NCBI GenBank assembly: GCA_043804515.1
Contig: JAZDIZ010000154.1
Location: 1 to 23,230 of the forward strand
DNA length: 23,230 nucleotides
Source: Pseudomonadota bacterium
GTDB lineage: Bacteria; Bdellovibrionota_G; JALEGL01; DATDPG01
Direction: 5' to 3'
Below are positions 16,416 to 23,230 of this stretch, piece by piece. The position numbers were made by a program, and so were the translations under genes. Each line of letters begins with the position of its first letter. Position 1 is the stretch's first letter. The notes under the pieces are model-generated. The model saw only the letters and a program-made list of their open reading frames with translations, made no database searches and had not been told where the DNA came from.

Positions 16416-16787
16416 GTGACGCCCAACGACCCCGCCCGGCCACACGACAAGCGCATTCACGAAAGAATCGATCTCAAGGTCCCGATAGAATTCCGGACCG
16501 ACGACGGCGCGGTCGTGGAGGCGCAGACACTCAACGTGAGCCGCGGAGGGATGTTCATCCAAACGCCCAAGCCCCTTGCCGAAGGAAGCCGGGCCTTTTT
16601 TCGTGTGCAACTCAACCCTCAATCTTTACAATTCCACCTGGAGGGTGAAGTCGTCTGGTCACACCGAAGTCGAGAACGGCGCCTGGGGCCTCCCAAGGGA
16701 ATGGGAATCCGCTTTCTCCTGAGTCCGACGCAATCAGCAACGACGTTGGACGGAGTGTGGGCGGCGATCCATTCCGCCCGTCTCTGA
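16416..16787 (+). CDS. Single PilZ-domain protein (TIGR02266-like)
   Basis: RIHER...NVSRGGMFI...GEVVW...GMGIRF; start reassigned to GTG 16416 on the basis of the SD. Confidence 0.9.
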   Translation: MTPNDPARPHDKRIHERIDLKVPIEFRTDDGAVVEAQTLNVSRGGMFIQTPKPLAEGSRAFFRVQLNPQSLQFHLEGEVVWSHRSRERRLGPPKGMGIRFLLSPTQSATTLDGVWAAIHSARL

Positions 16788-18445
16788 CCGGCCGCCACTT
16801 TTTCTATCTTTTTCTTTTCGCTCTCGCGGCGTTTTCCCCTGTCCTGTTCCGCGGCGGCTATGTTTATGACGACGTAGTCGTCATCGCCCAGAACGGCCTT
16901 CTTAGGTCCTTCTCAGGCCTGGCCCAGATCTGGAAAGGCCATGTCGATCCGGAACACGTCATGGACGGAACGTTCCGGCCCCTGCTTTTGTCCATCTTCA
17001 GCCTGATCGGCCGGCTCTCGGATTTTTCGCCTGTCGCGTTCCGCGTGAGCACCCTCCTTCTCCATGTCGCAAACGCCTGGCTTCTGGCCGTTCTGGCTCA
17101 AAGGATTTTCCGCCTTTCCGTGATTTCCGCCCTGGGCGCGGCCACGCTCTTTCTTCTTCACCCGATTCAAACGACGAGTTTCGGCCTCGTTTGGAAGCAA
17201 AGCGACCTTTGGATCGCGCTTGCGGCCTTGGTATCGATCCGGGTTTATCTCACGCACCCTCTTCTGGCCCTGTTCCCGTTCCTCCTCGCGTTCGGCTTCA
17301 AGGAAAGCGCAATGGGCATTCCGCTGCTCTGGCTTTCGATCGAGCCGTTGCTTTCGAGCGAGAAGCGCCGGAGCCGCCTTGCCGTGATGGGAGTCGGGAT
17401 TTTGGCGTCGGCGACGTACTACCTTTCCGTGCTCCCGCAGCTCCCGAAAGAACCGGATGAAAGCGGCGTCCCGCTGGCGAGGGTGGAGTACTTTCTCACC
17501 GAGCTTCCGGTCCTGGGCCTTTACCTCAAGGCCATCCTGAACCCGTATCTCCTCACGATTGATCGGCGGGTGATCGCCGTTTCCCCGGCGCCGGTGTGGG
17601 GGTTCGGCCTGATCCTGATGATGGGCGCCGGTTGGATTCTCGCGCATGCGGCCGCTTTCCGACGGGCCTCGAAGGAACTCGCGGCGTTTCTTCTCGGCCT
17701 CGCCTGGCTCATCCCCACATCCACGCTTCAACCCCTGTCGCTTCTCTACGACGAGACGCGCTGTTATCTGGGCATGGGAGCACTCGGGATCCTATTGGCC
17801 TGCCTGGCGGAGCGTATTCCACGACGCGTTCGGCCGTCGCCCCGTGTGGCTTGGTTTTGCCTTTTCGCCTTCGCCTTCCTTCTTTCGAGCTTCACGCTTT
17901 TTGAGTCCACCCGATGGTCTTCGGAAAGCGCGCTTTGGTCGGCGACGTTGGAAGTGGACCCGCATTCGCCTCGCGCCCATTACCATCTCGGGTTGGCCGC
18001 GCAGAAAGCCCGGGCTCCCCGTCTTGCGGAGGAGCACTACCGGGAGGCTCTGGCATACAGCCCCGGTTGGCACGCCGCGCGGCTCGGCCTGGGAATCACG
18101 CTGGGACAGGAAGGAAAGCTCGATGAGGCGGAAGACGTGTTCCAAGACATGACGTCGCTTCCTCCCGCGTGGGCCGCATTGGGCCACTATCATCTCGGGT
18201 TGGGGAGGATGTACCGGCATGATTTTCAAGGCGCCGCAGAGCAGTTCCGCAGGGCTAACGACATGGATCCGAGGACTCTCCCCGGCGCAAAAGGAATGGC
18301 GATTCTCTTGGCGCGGAGAGGCCGGCGCGCCGAGGCGCTGGAGGCCTGGGACCGATACATCCATGCCCCGCAGCGTTCCCGGGAGGAACGGGCCGATCTC
18401 CCCCGGGAAATCCGGCGGCTTTTTGCCGTACAAAACAAGCGTTAA
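16757..18445 (+). CDS. Second TMTC-like GT-C glycosyltransferase with TPRs
   Basis: YVYDD, FRPL, LHPIQT, FKESA, ETRCYL and WSSESALW motifs; multi-TM N-terminus and TPR C-terminus. The start is uncertain. Confidence 0.83.
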   Translation: MGGDPFRPSLTGRHFFYLFLFALAAFSPVLFRGGYVYDDVVVIAQNGLLRSFSGLAQIWKGHVDPEHVMDGTFRPLLLSIFSLIGRLSDFSPVAFRVSTLLLHVANAWLLAVLAQRIFRLSVISALGAATLFLLHPIQTTSFGLVWKQSDLWIALAALVSIRVYLTHPLLALFPFLLAFGFKESAMGIPLLWLSIEPLLSSEKRRSRLAVMGVGILASATYYLSVLPQLPKEPDESGVPLARVEYFLTELPVLGLYLKAILNPYLLTIDRRVIAVSPAPVWGFGLILMMGAGWILAHAAAFRRASKELAAFLLGLAWLIPTSTLQPLSLLYDETRCYLGMGALGILLACLAERIPRRVRPSPRVAWFCLFAFAFLLSSFTLFESTRWSSESALWSATLEVDPHSPRAHYHLGLAAQKARAPRLAEEHYREALAYSPGWHAARLGLGITLGQEGKLDEAEDVFQDMTSLPPAWAALGHYHLGLGRMYRHDFQGAAEQFRRANDMDPRTLPGAKGMAILLARRGRRAEALEAWDRYIHAPQRSREERADLPREIRRLFAVQNKR

Positions 18446-18491
18446 CTGGATCTGCTTGTAGAATCCGCGGTAGGGTTCGTAGGATTTTCGC

Positions 18492-19424
18492 ATGTCCTTC
18501 GTCGATTTGAGCGTCCAGGTCGGCCCGTTGAGACTCAAGAATCCCGTGCTGGCGGCCTCCGGCACGTTCGGCTACGGCCTTGAACTTGCGCATCTCGTGG
18601 ATCTCAATCGCCTCGGGGGTTTCGTCACCAAGGGTTTGTCGCTTCATCCCCGCGCTGGAAACCCTCCTCCCCGCATCCACGAGACCCCGTGCGGAATGCT
18701 CAACTCCATCGGCCTCCACAACATCGGAGTCGAGGCTTTCCTCCGCGAGAAACTACCCGAACTGCGCCGCTTCACGTGCGCCGTGATCGCCAACGTCTAC
18801 GGCGAGACGCCGGACGACTTCGTCGAAGTCGCGCGGCGGCTCGCGGATTCCGAAGGCTTGGCGGCGATCGAGATCAACGTATCCTGTCCCAACGTTTCGA
18901 AGGGCGGTCTCGACTTGGGAACGGATCCCGCGGAGGTCCGAAAGCTTTTGGAACGGGTCCGGAAGGTCGTCCGCCTCCCGTTGTGGGCCAAGCTGACGCC
19001 GAACGTAACCGACATCCGGACGATCGCCCGGGCCGCAATCGAAGGCGGGGCTGACGCGCTCTCGCTCATCAACAGCTTGCGCGGCGTGGCCGTGGATGCG
19101 GACCGCCGTGTGCCGCACCTGTCGACCGTGGTGGGCGGGCTCACGGGACCCGCGATCAAGCCCGTCGCCTTATTTCACGTTCATCAAGTGGCCCGCTCGT
19201 TCGACGTCCCGATTGTCGGGGTCGGCGGTATTTCCACCGGGCAGGACGCCCTGGAGTTTCTCGTCGCGGGCGCCAGCGCCGTTCAAGTCGGCACGGCGAC
19301 GTTCACGCGCACCGATGCTACGCTCCGGATCGTGAAGGAGATCGAGGCTTACGTGAAGAAGCGGAAGATTTCCTCCGTTTCCCCGATGATCCGGACGCTG
19401 TCGATTCCAGAAAGGCCGCAATGA
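18492..19424 (+). CDS. pyrD: Dihydroorotate dehydrogenase, family 1 (1B-type catalytic subunit)
   Basis: LKNPVLAASGTFGYG, GNPPPRI, MLNSIGL, NVSCPNV, KLTPNVTDI and GGLTGPAIKP motifs. Confidence 0.96.
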   Translation: MSFVDLSVQVGPLRLKNPVLAASGTFGYGLELAHLVDLNRLGGFVTKGLSLHPRAGNPPPRIHETPCGMLNSIGLHNIGVEAFLREKLPELRRFTCAVIANVYGETPDDFVEVARRLADSEGLAAIEINVSCPNVSKGGLDLGTDPAEVRKLLERVRKVVRLPLWAKLTPNVTDIRTIARAAIEGGADALSLINSLRGVAVDADRRVPHLSTVVGGLTGPAIKPVALFHVHQVARSFDVPIVGVGGISTGQDALEFLVAGASAVQVGTATFTRTDATLRIVKEIEAYVKKRKISSVSPMIRTLSIPERPQ

Positions 19425-19789
19425 GCGAATTGAAAACCTTCCGCCCGCGTGCCCGCCGCTTGCCCGTCAAGATCCCGATCCGCATGAGCACGCTTCCCAT
19501 GTTTCTGGACAGCGAGATCATGAATCTCTCCAAAGGCGGCGTGTTCATCCGTTCGGACATCACGCTCCCGCTCGGGAGCGAGGTCGATTTCGAATTCGAT
19601 CTCCCCGGAATTCCGCACTCTATCGCCGCCGTGGGAGTCGTGGTTTGGGCCCGGCCCGGAGGAAAGAAGGCCAAAAGTTCTTTCCCGGAGCATCCGCCGG
19701 GGATGGGCGTCCAATTCAAGACGCTCCGCACGGAGGATCTGAACGTCCTTATGGAGCAAATCGAGCGCCTGGTCCGGACCCCGGTGTAA
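19421..19789 (+). CDS. Single PilZ-domain protein (TIGR02266-like)
   Basis: NLSKGGVFI...GVVVW...PPGMGVQF; ATGA overlap with the pyrD stop. Confidence 0.88.
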   Translation: MSELKTFRPRARRLPVKIPIRMSTLPMFLDSEIMNLSKGGVFIRSDITLPLGSEVDFEFDLPGIPHSIAAVGVVVWARPGGKKAKSSFPEHPPGMGVQFKTLRTEDLNVLMEQIERLVRTPV

Positions 19790-19839
19790 TCGCAAGAAAC
19801 GGACATCGGCACCGAAGTCTGCTATTTAGTACTGTTCCA

Positions 19840-20343
19840 ATGCCCTCCAAGCCCAATTTTGTCTTCAAGATCGGCGACAAGGCGGTTTATCCGGCGCACG
19901 GGGTCGGTGTGATCGAGCGGATCGAGAACAAGGAGATTTCCGGATCGCTTTTCTCGTTCTACGTCCTGAGGATCCTGGACAGCGACATGACGATCATGGT
20001 GCCTACCGGCAACGTGCAGGTCGTAGGGCTCCGCCAGCTCATCACGGCCGACAAGGTCGACAAGGTCTACAAGATTTTCCAGAAGAAGGACGTCATTATC
20101 GACACCACGACCTGGAACCGCCGTTACCGGGAGTACATGGAGAAGATCAAGACGGGATCGGTATTCGAGATCGCCGAGGTCATGCGCGACCTATACGTCC
20201 TCAAGAAAACGAAAACCCTCTCGTTTGGGGAGCGGAAGATGCTGGACACCGCCCGTAACCTCCTTATCAAAGAGCTGGCCCTCGCCAAGTCCGTCCCCGA
20301 GGACGAGATCGAGAGGCGGATCCGGAAATTCTTCGAGGAATGA
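19840..20343 (+). CDS. carD: CarD/CdnL family RNA polymerase-binding transcription regulator
   Basis: FKIGDKAVYPAHGVG, WNRRYREYMEKIKTG and LSFGERKMLDTAR motifs; classic carD-ispD-ispF order; start taken at ATG 19840. Confidence 0.95.
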   Translation: MPSKPNFVFKIGDKAVYPAHGVGVIERIENKEISGSLFSFYVLRILDSDMTIMVPTGNVQVVGLRQLITADKVDKVYKIFQKKDVIIDTTTWNRRYREYMEKIKTGSVFEIAEVMRDLYVLKKTKTLSFGERKMLDTARNLLIKELALAKSVPEDEIERRIRKFFEE

Positions 20344-21023
20344 TCGCGACGGCCGTCATCGCCGCGGGAGGGGCGGGAACGCGGTTCGGCCGGGACATCC
20401 CAAAGCAGTTTCTCCCCATTCACGGGATCCCCATGATCGTGCACACGCTCCTGGCCTTCGAGCGGGCGAAGACCATCGGCGGAGTTGTCGTGGTTCTGCC
20501 CGAAAGCCACCGATCGCGCCTGGAAGCCGATCTAAAAAAGAAATATTCGCTCTCGAAAATCCAGGCCGTACTGGCCGGCGGCGCAGATCGCCAAGCTTCC
20601 GTGGGGAACGGCCTGGAGGCCGTCCAAGACGGCGTGCCCTTTGTGGCGATTCACGACGCCGCCCGTTGCCTCATCACGCCCGACCTCATCGATCGCACGG
20701 TGAATGCATGCCACGGATGGGACGGGGCCGTCGCCGCCCTGCCCGTGCGCGACACACTCAAGCGCGTGGACGGGGAGACGATCCTGGCTACGGAGCCCAG
20801 AGAGCGGCTCTGGGGGATGCAGACTCCGCAGGTGTTCCGGTTTCCCCTCATCCGGGAGGCCTACCGAAATGCGAGGGCGGACGGTTTTGCGGCCACGGAT
20901 GACGCCGCCGTGGCCGAGCGGTACGGAGCGCGCGTGCGCGTCGTGGAAGGCTCCACGCGCAATATCAAGGTGACGTACGAAGACGACCTGAAGATCGCGG
21001 AAAGAATTCTTGCAGGAGGTTGA
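20340..21023 (+). CDS. ispD: 2-C-methyl-D-erythritol 4-phosphate cytidylyltransferase
   Basis: AAGGAGTRFG...PKQF, GGADRQASV, IHDAARC, QTPQ, TDDA and NIKVT motifs. Confidence 0.97.
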   Translation: MIATAVIAAGGAGTRFGRDIPKQFLPIHGIPMIVHTLLAFERAKTIGGVVVVLPESHRSRLEADLKKKYSLSKIQAVLAGGADRQASVGNGLEAVQDGVPFVAIHDAARCLITPDLIDRTVNACHGWDGAVAALPVRDTLKRVDGETILATEPRERLWGMQTPQVFRFPLIREAYRNARADGFAATDDAAVAERYGARVRVVEGSTRNIKVTYEDDLKIAERILAGG

Positions 21024-21026
21024 ACG

Positions 21027-21503
21027 ATGGACGTGAGGATCGGACAAGGAATCGATATTCATCCCTTTGTCACCGGCAGGCCGTTGGTCTTGGGCGGCGT
21101 CACCATCCCCCATTCCAAGGGGCTGGCGGGCCATTCCGATGCCGATGCTTTGAGCCACGCGATTTGCGACGCCCTTCTGGGCACGCTGGCGTTCGGCGAC
21201 ATCGGAACGCATTTCCCCGACAAAGATCCCGCGAATCGGAACCGGCCGAGCAGTGATTTTCTCAAGCACGCCGTGGATTTGATCGAACACGAAGGGTGGG
21301 AGATCGCCAACATCGACGCCACCATCGTGACGGAAGAGCCGACCCTGCGGCCCTACATCGAGGGGATGCGAAGAAGCCTTGCCGAAATCCTGGGCATTTT
21401 CCCGGACCAGGTGAGCGTAAAAGCCACGCGGCCGGAAAAACTGGGCAGCCTGGGGCGGGGCGAGGGCCTCACCGCGATGGCTATCGCGCTGATCGAGCGT
21501 TAA
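21027..21503 (+). CDS. ispF: 2-C-methyl-D-erythritol 2,4-cyclodiphosphate synthase
   Basis: RIGQGIDIH, GHSDAD, HAICDALLG, GDIGTHFPD and GRGEG motifs. Confidence 0.97.
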   Translation: MDVRIGQGIDIHPFVTGRPLVLGGVTIPHSKGLAGHSDADALSHAICDALLGTLAFGDIGTHFPDKDPANRNRPSSDFLKHAVDLIEHEGWEIANIDATIVTEEPTLRPYIEGMRRSLAEILGIFPDQVSVKATRPEKLGSLGRGEGLTAMAIALIER

Positions 21504-21509
21504 GAAGAA

Positions 21510-21551
21510 GAATCGGGCACTCGGGCAGACGGGCACTCCGGCAGTCTGTCC
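21510..21551 (+). repeat. Left arm: four tandem 8-mers (TCGGGCAC-type) plus TCTGTCC
   Basis: GAA TCGGGCAC TCGGGCAG ACGGGCAC TCCGGCAG TCTGTCC; inverted counterpart at 21865-21890. Confidence 0.8.
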
Positions 21552-21563
21552 TGGGATCCGGCA

Positions 21564-21896
21564 TCAGACCGAGGAATGAACGAGACGATAAAGACAAGCC
21601 CCGACATGGTCCACGAGGTCCAACGTAGCTACTGGAATTCCTCGCTCCAGCCTCAAGATCGCTTCCACCTCCCGTAAGGACCCTAGAGCAATGCTGTAGA
21701 ACCTTCTCCTATCCGCTCGACTCGCCCTTCCTGTCCCCTCCGCTAGGTTCAGGCAGATACTGGATGACGCCCGAAGAAGCTGAAGCCTCAAATAACCAGC
21801 CAGTAAAAGACTTCCGAAATCCGAAAAACCGTTTTCAGGATTCTGGAACCGGGACCGTTGCCGGGGACAGATTGCCTGAGTGCCTGATTCCTCCAC
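21564..21896 (-). pseudogene. Four-helix bundle protein (23S rRNA IVP/Avd-like family), probably N-terminally eroded
   Basis: QLLRASSSICLNLAEGTGR...DRRRFYSIALGSLREVEAIL family signature. The first ~28 codons of the ORF run through repeat DNA and do not resemble helix 1. Confidence 0.75.
21865..21890 (-). repeat. Right arm: inverted copy of the 8-mer array
   Basis: The reverse complement reads GAA TCAGGCAC TCAGGCAA TCTGTCC. Confidence 0.78.
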
Positions 21897-22079
21897 CTGG
21901 CTGAAGGAAGTGCCAAGCCGACGCCTAAGGATCGGAAGCGGTTCTATGCGATGGCCTTAGGGTCATTGAGAGAGGTTCAAGCTATTCTGGAGGTCCTGGA
22001 GCGGAAAGCGGAATTCGCGACTGCCGACCGCGTTGGCGCAGGTCTTTACCGGCTGACTCGGAGTCCGGACACCCGATAA
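21888..22079 (+). pseudogene. 5'-truncated second four-helix bundle gene fragment
   Basis: Not in the ORF track. Manual translation after the in-frame TGA at 21885: FLHLAEGSAKPTPKDRKRFYAMALGSLREVQAILEVLERKAEFATADRVGAGLYRLTRSPDTR*. It is homologous to the minus-strand copy and has no N-terminal start. Confidence 0.8.
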
Positions 22080-22107
22080 CGGATACCGGACTCCGGACAC
22101 CGGATTA
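22059..22107 (+). repeat. Seven tandem degenerate heptamers (CGGAYWC-like)
   Basis: CGGAGTC CGGACAC CCGATAA CGGATAC CGGACTC CGGACAC CGGATTA. Confidence 0.88.
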
Positions 22108-22111
22108 CGCA

Positions 22112-23230
22112 TCACTTCTTTTCCGTGCGCAACTTCCTCCGGGTTTCTTCCATTACGGCCAATCGTTTTTTAATTTCGGCCTCGAATCCTTCTCCGTCGG
22201 GTTCGTAGTATTTGCGCCCTTTGAGTTCCTCAGGGAAGCATTCGAGCGCCGTGGTCTTTTCCTCTCTTTGATGCGCGTATTCGTATCCCTTTCCGTATCC
22301 CAGATCCTTCATGAGATCGGTGGGGGCGTTCCGTATGGCGAGCGGCACGGGGTAGACCTTTCCGTCTTTGAGATCCCGTTCCACACGGCCGTACGCGATG
22401 TACGTCGCGTTCGATTTCGGCGCGGCCGCCAGATACGTCACGAGTTGCGCAAGGGCCAGCTTTCCCTCGGGCAGGCCCAGAAAGTGGATCGCGTCCCGCG
22501 CCGCCATGGCAAGCACCAAAGCCTGGGGGTCCGCGTTTCCCACGTCCTCGCTGGCGAACCGGACCAGCCTGCGCGCCACGTAAAGAGGGTCCTCGCCCGC
22601 TTCCAGCATCCGCGCGAGCCAATAGAGTCCCGCGTCGGCATCCCCATTCCGGATGCTTTTGTGAAGCGCCGAGATGACGTTGTAGTGTTCCTCCCCCGTC
22701 TTGTCGTAAAGGAGCGCCACGCGCTGCGCGGCCACGTCGATCAGCTTGCGGTCCACGGGCTGCTTTTCGCCGGCAAGGGCGGCCATTGCCTCCAGAAGAT
22801 TCAGCGACGCGCGGGCATCCCCCGGATTCCTGGACGCGAGGTATTCCAGCGCCTCCGGAGCGAAGCGGAGCTCCTTGCGTTTCAATTCGCCGTCATTCTC
22901 GAGGGCCCGGGCCAATAGGACCGCCTGGTCCTTGAGGTTGAGCGGCGCAAGAACGAACACGCGCAGGCGGGAAAGAAGGGCGCCGATGATCTCGAACGAC
23001 GGGTTCTCCGTCGTCGCGCCGATCAGGATGATGTCGCCCCGCTCGACGAACGGAAGAAAGGCGTCCTGCTGCGCCTTGTTGAAGCGGTGGATTTCGTCGA
23101 TGAACACAACGGTCTGAAGGCCGCTCCTTTCACGATTTCGCTCGGCGCGCGTCATCACTTCGCGGACTTCCTTGATCCCGGACGTGACCGCGGAGAACGG
23201 AACGAACACGTTCCCGCTTTGCTCCGCCAC
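22112..23230 (-). CDS. rarA: Replication-associated recombination protein A (RarA/MgsA AAA+ ATPase), partial at the 5' end
   Basis: [57 protein letters not shown] and LGYGKGY motifs. Walker A lies beyond the right edge. Confidence 0.96.
   Translation of the reverse strand: MAEQSGNVFVPFSAVTSGIKEVREVMTRAERNRERSGLQTVVFIDEIHRFNKAQQDAFLPFVERGDIILIGATTENPSFEIIGALLSRLRVFVLAPLNLKDQAVLLARALENDGELKRKELRFAPEALEYLASRNPGDARASLNLLEAMAALAGEKQPVDRKLIDVAAQRVALLYDKTGEEHYNVISALHKSIRNGDADAGLYWLARMLEAGEDPLYVARRLVRFASEDVGNADPQALVLAMAARDAIHFLGLPEGKLALAQLVTYLAAAPKSNATYIAYGRVERDLKDGKVYPVPLAIRNAPTDLMKDLGYGKGYEYAHQREEKTTALECFPEELKGRKYYEPDGEGFEAEIKKRLAVMEETRRKLRTEKK

Noticed and set aside
19645..19839. N-terminal extension of CarD in the ORF track
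   Set aside because: It overlaps the PilZ gene; family similarity begins just after ATG 19840.
20532..21536. 334-aa minus-strand ORF
   Set aside because: Antisense shadow of ispD/ispF.
21507..22107. CRISPR array or diversity-generating retroelement
   Set aside because: The repeats are 7-8-bp tandem units without spacers and there are no cas genes. No reverse transcriptase or TR/VR pair with adenine-specific differences is in the window; the OB-fold duplicates differ at all base types.

Overview
GC-rich bacterial chromosomal window that looks deltaproteobacterial (Myxococcota/Bdellovibrionota-like), inferred from several PilZ genes, CarD/CdnL-ispD-ispF, an atypical Hsp70 and TMTC-like GT-C/TPR proteins. 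Gene order: a beta-helix lipoprotein running off the left edge (missing from the ORF track); a minus-strand operon def-fmt-PASTA protein-rpe ending in a divergent RelA/SpoT-like nucleotidyltransferase; yihY; a small secreted protein; a tandem-PilZ gene; Hsp70-like + Mrp/ApbC; TMTC-like protein 1; tRNA-Leu(CAG); a tandem pair of secreted OB-fold genes; an orphan PAS histidine kinase; an RRM protein; PilZ; TMTC-like protein 2; pyrD; PilZ; carD-ispD-ispF; two four-helix-bundle gene remnants; and partial rarA. Four observations stand out. (1) The RelA/SpoT-like enzyme has an inserted Cys/His putative zinc site and altered substrate motifs, and is translationally coupled into a housekeeping operon. 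(2) A ~380-bp four-helix-bundle unit is bounded by inverted repeats built from 8-mer tandem units and abuts a second, truncated four-helix-bundle gene with its own 7-mer array. (3) A 14-bp duplication of the tRNA-Leu 3' region encloses a ~230-bp hairpin-rich segment. (4) A near-palindromic 20-bp def/yihY junction looks like a bidirectional promoter for two leaderless mRNAs. All calls come from motif recognition by eye; no searches were run.
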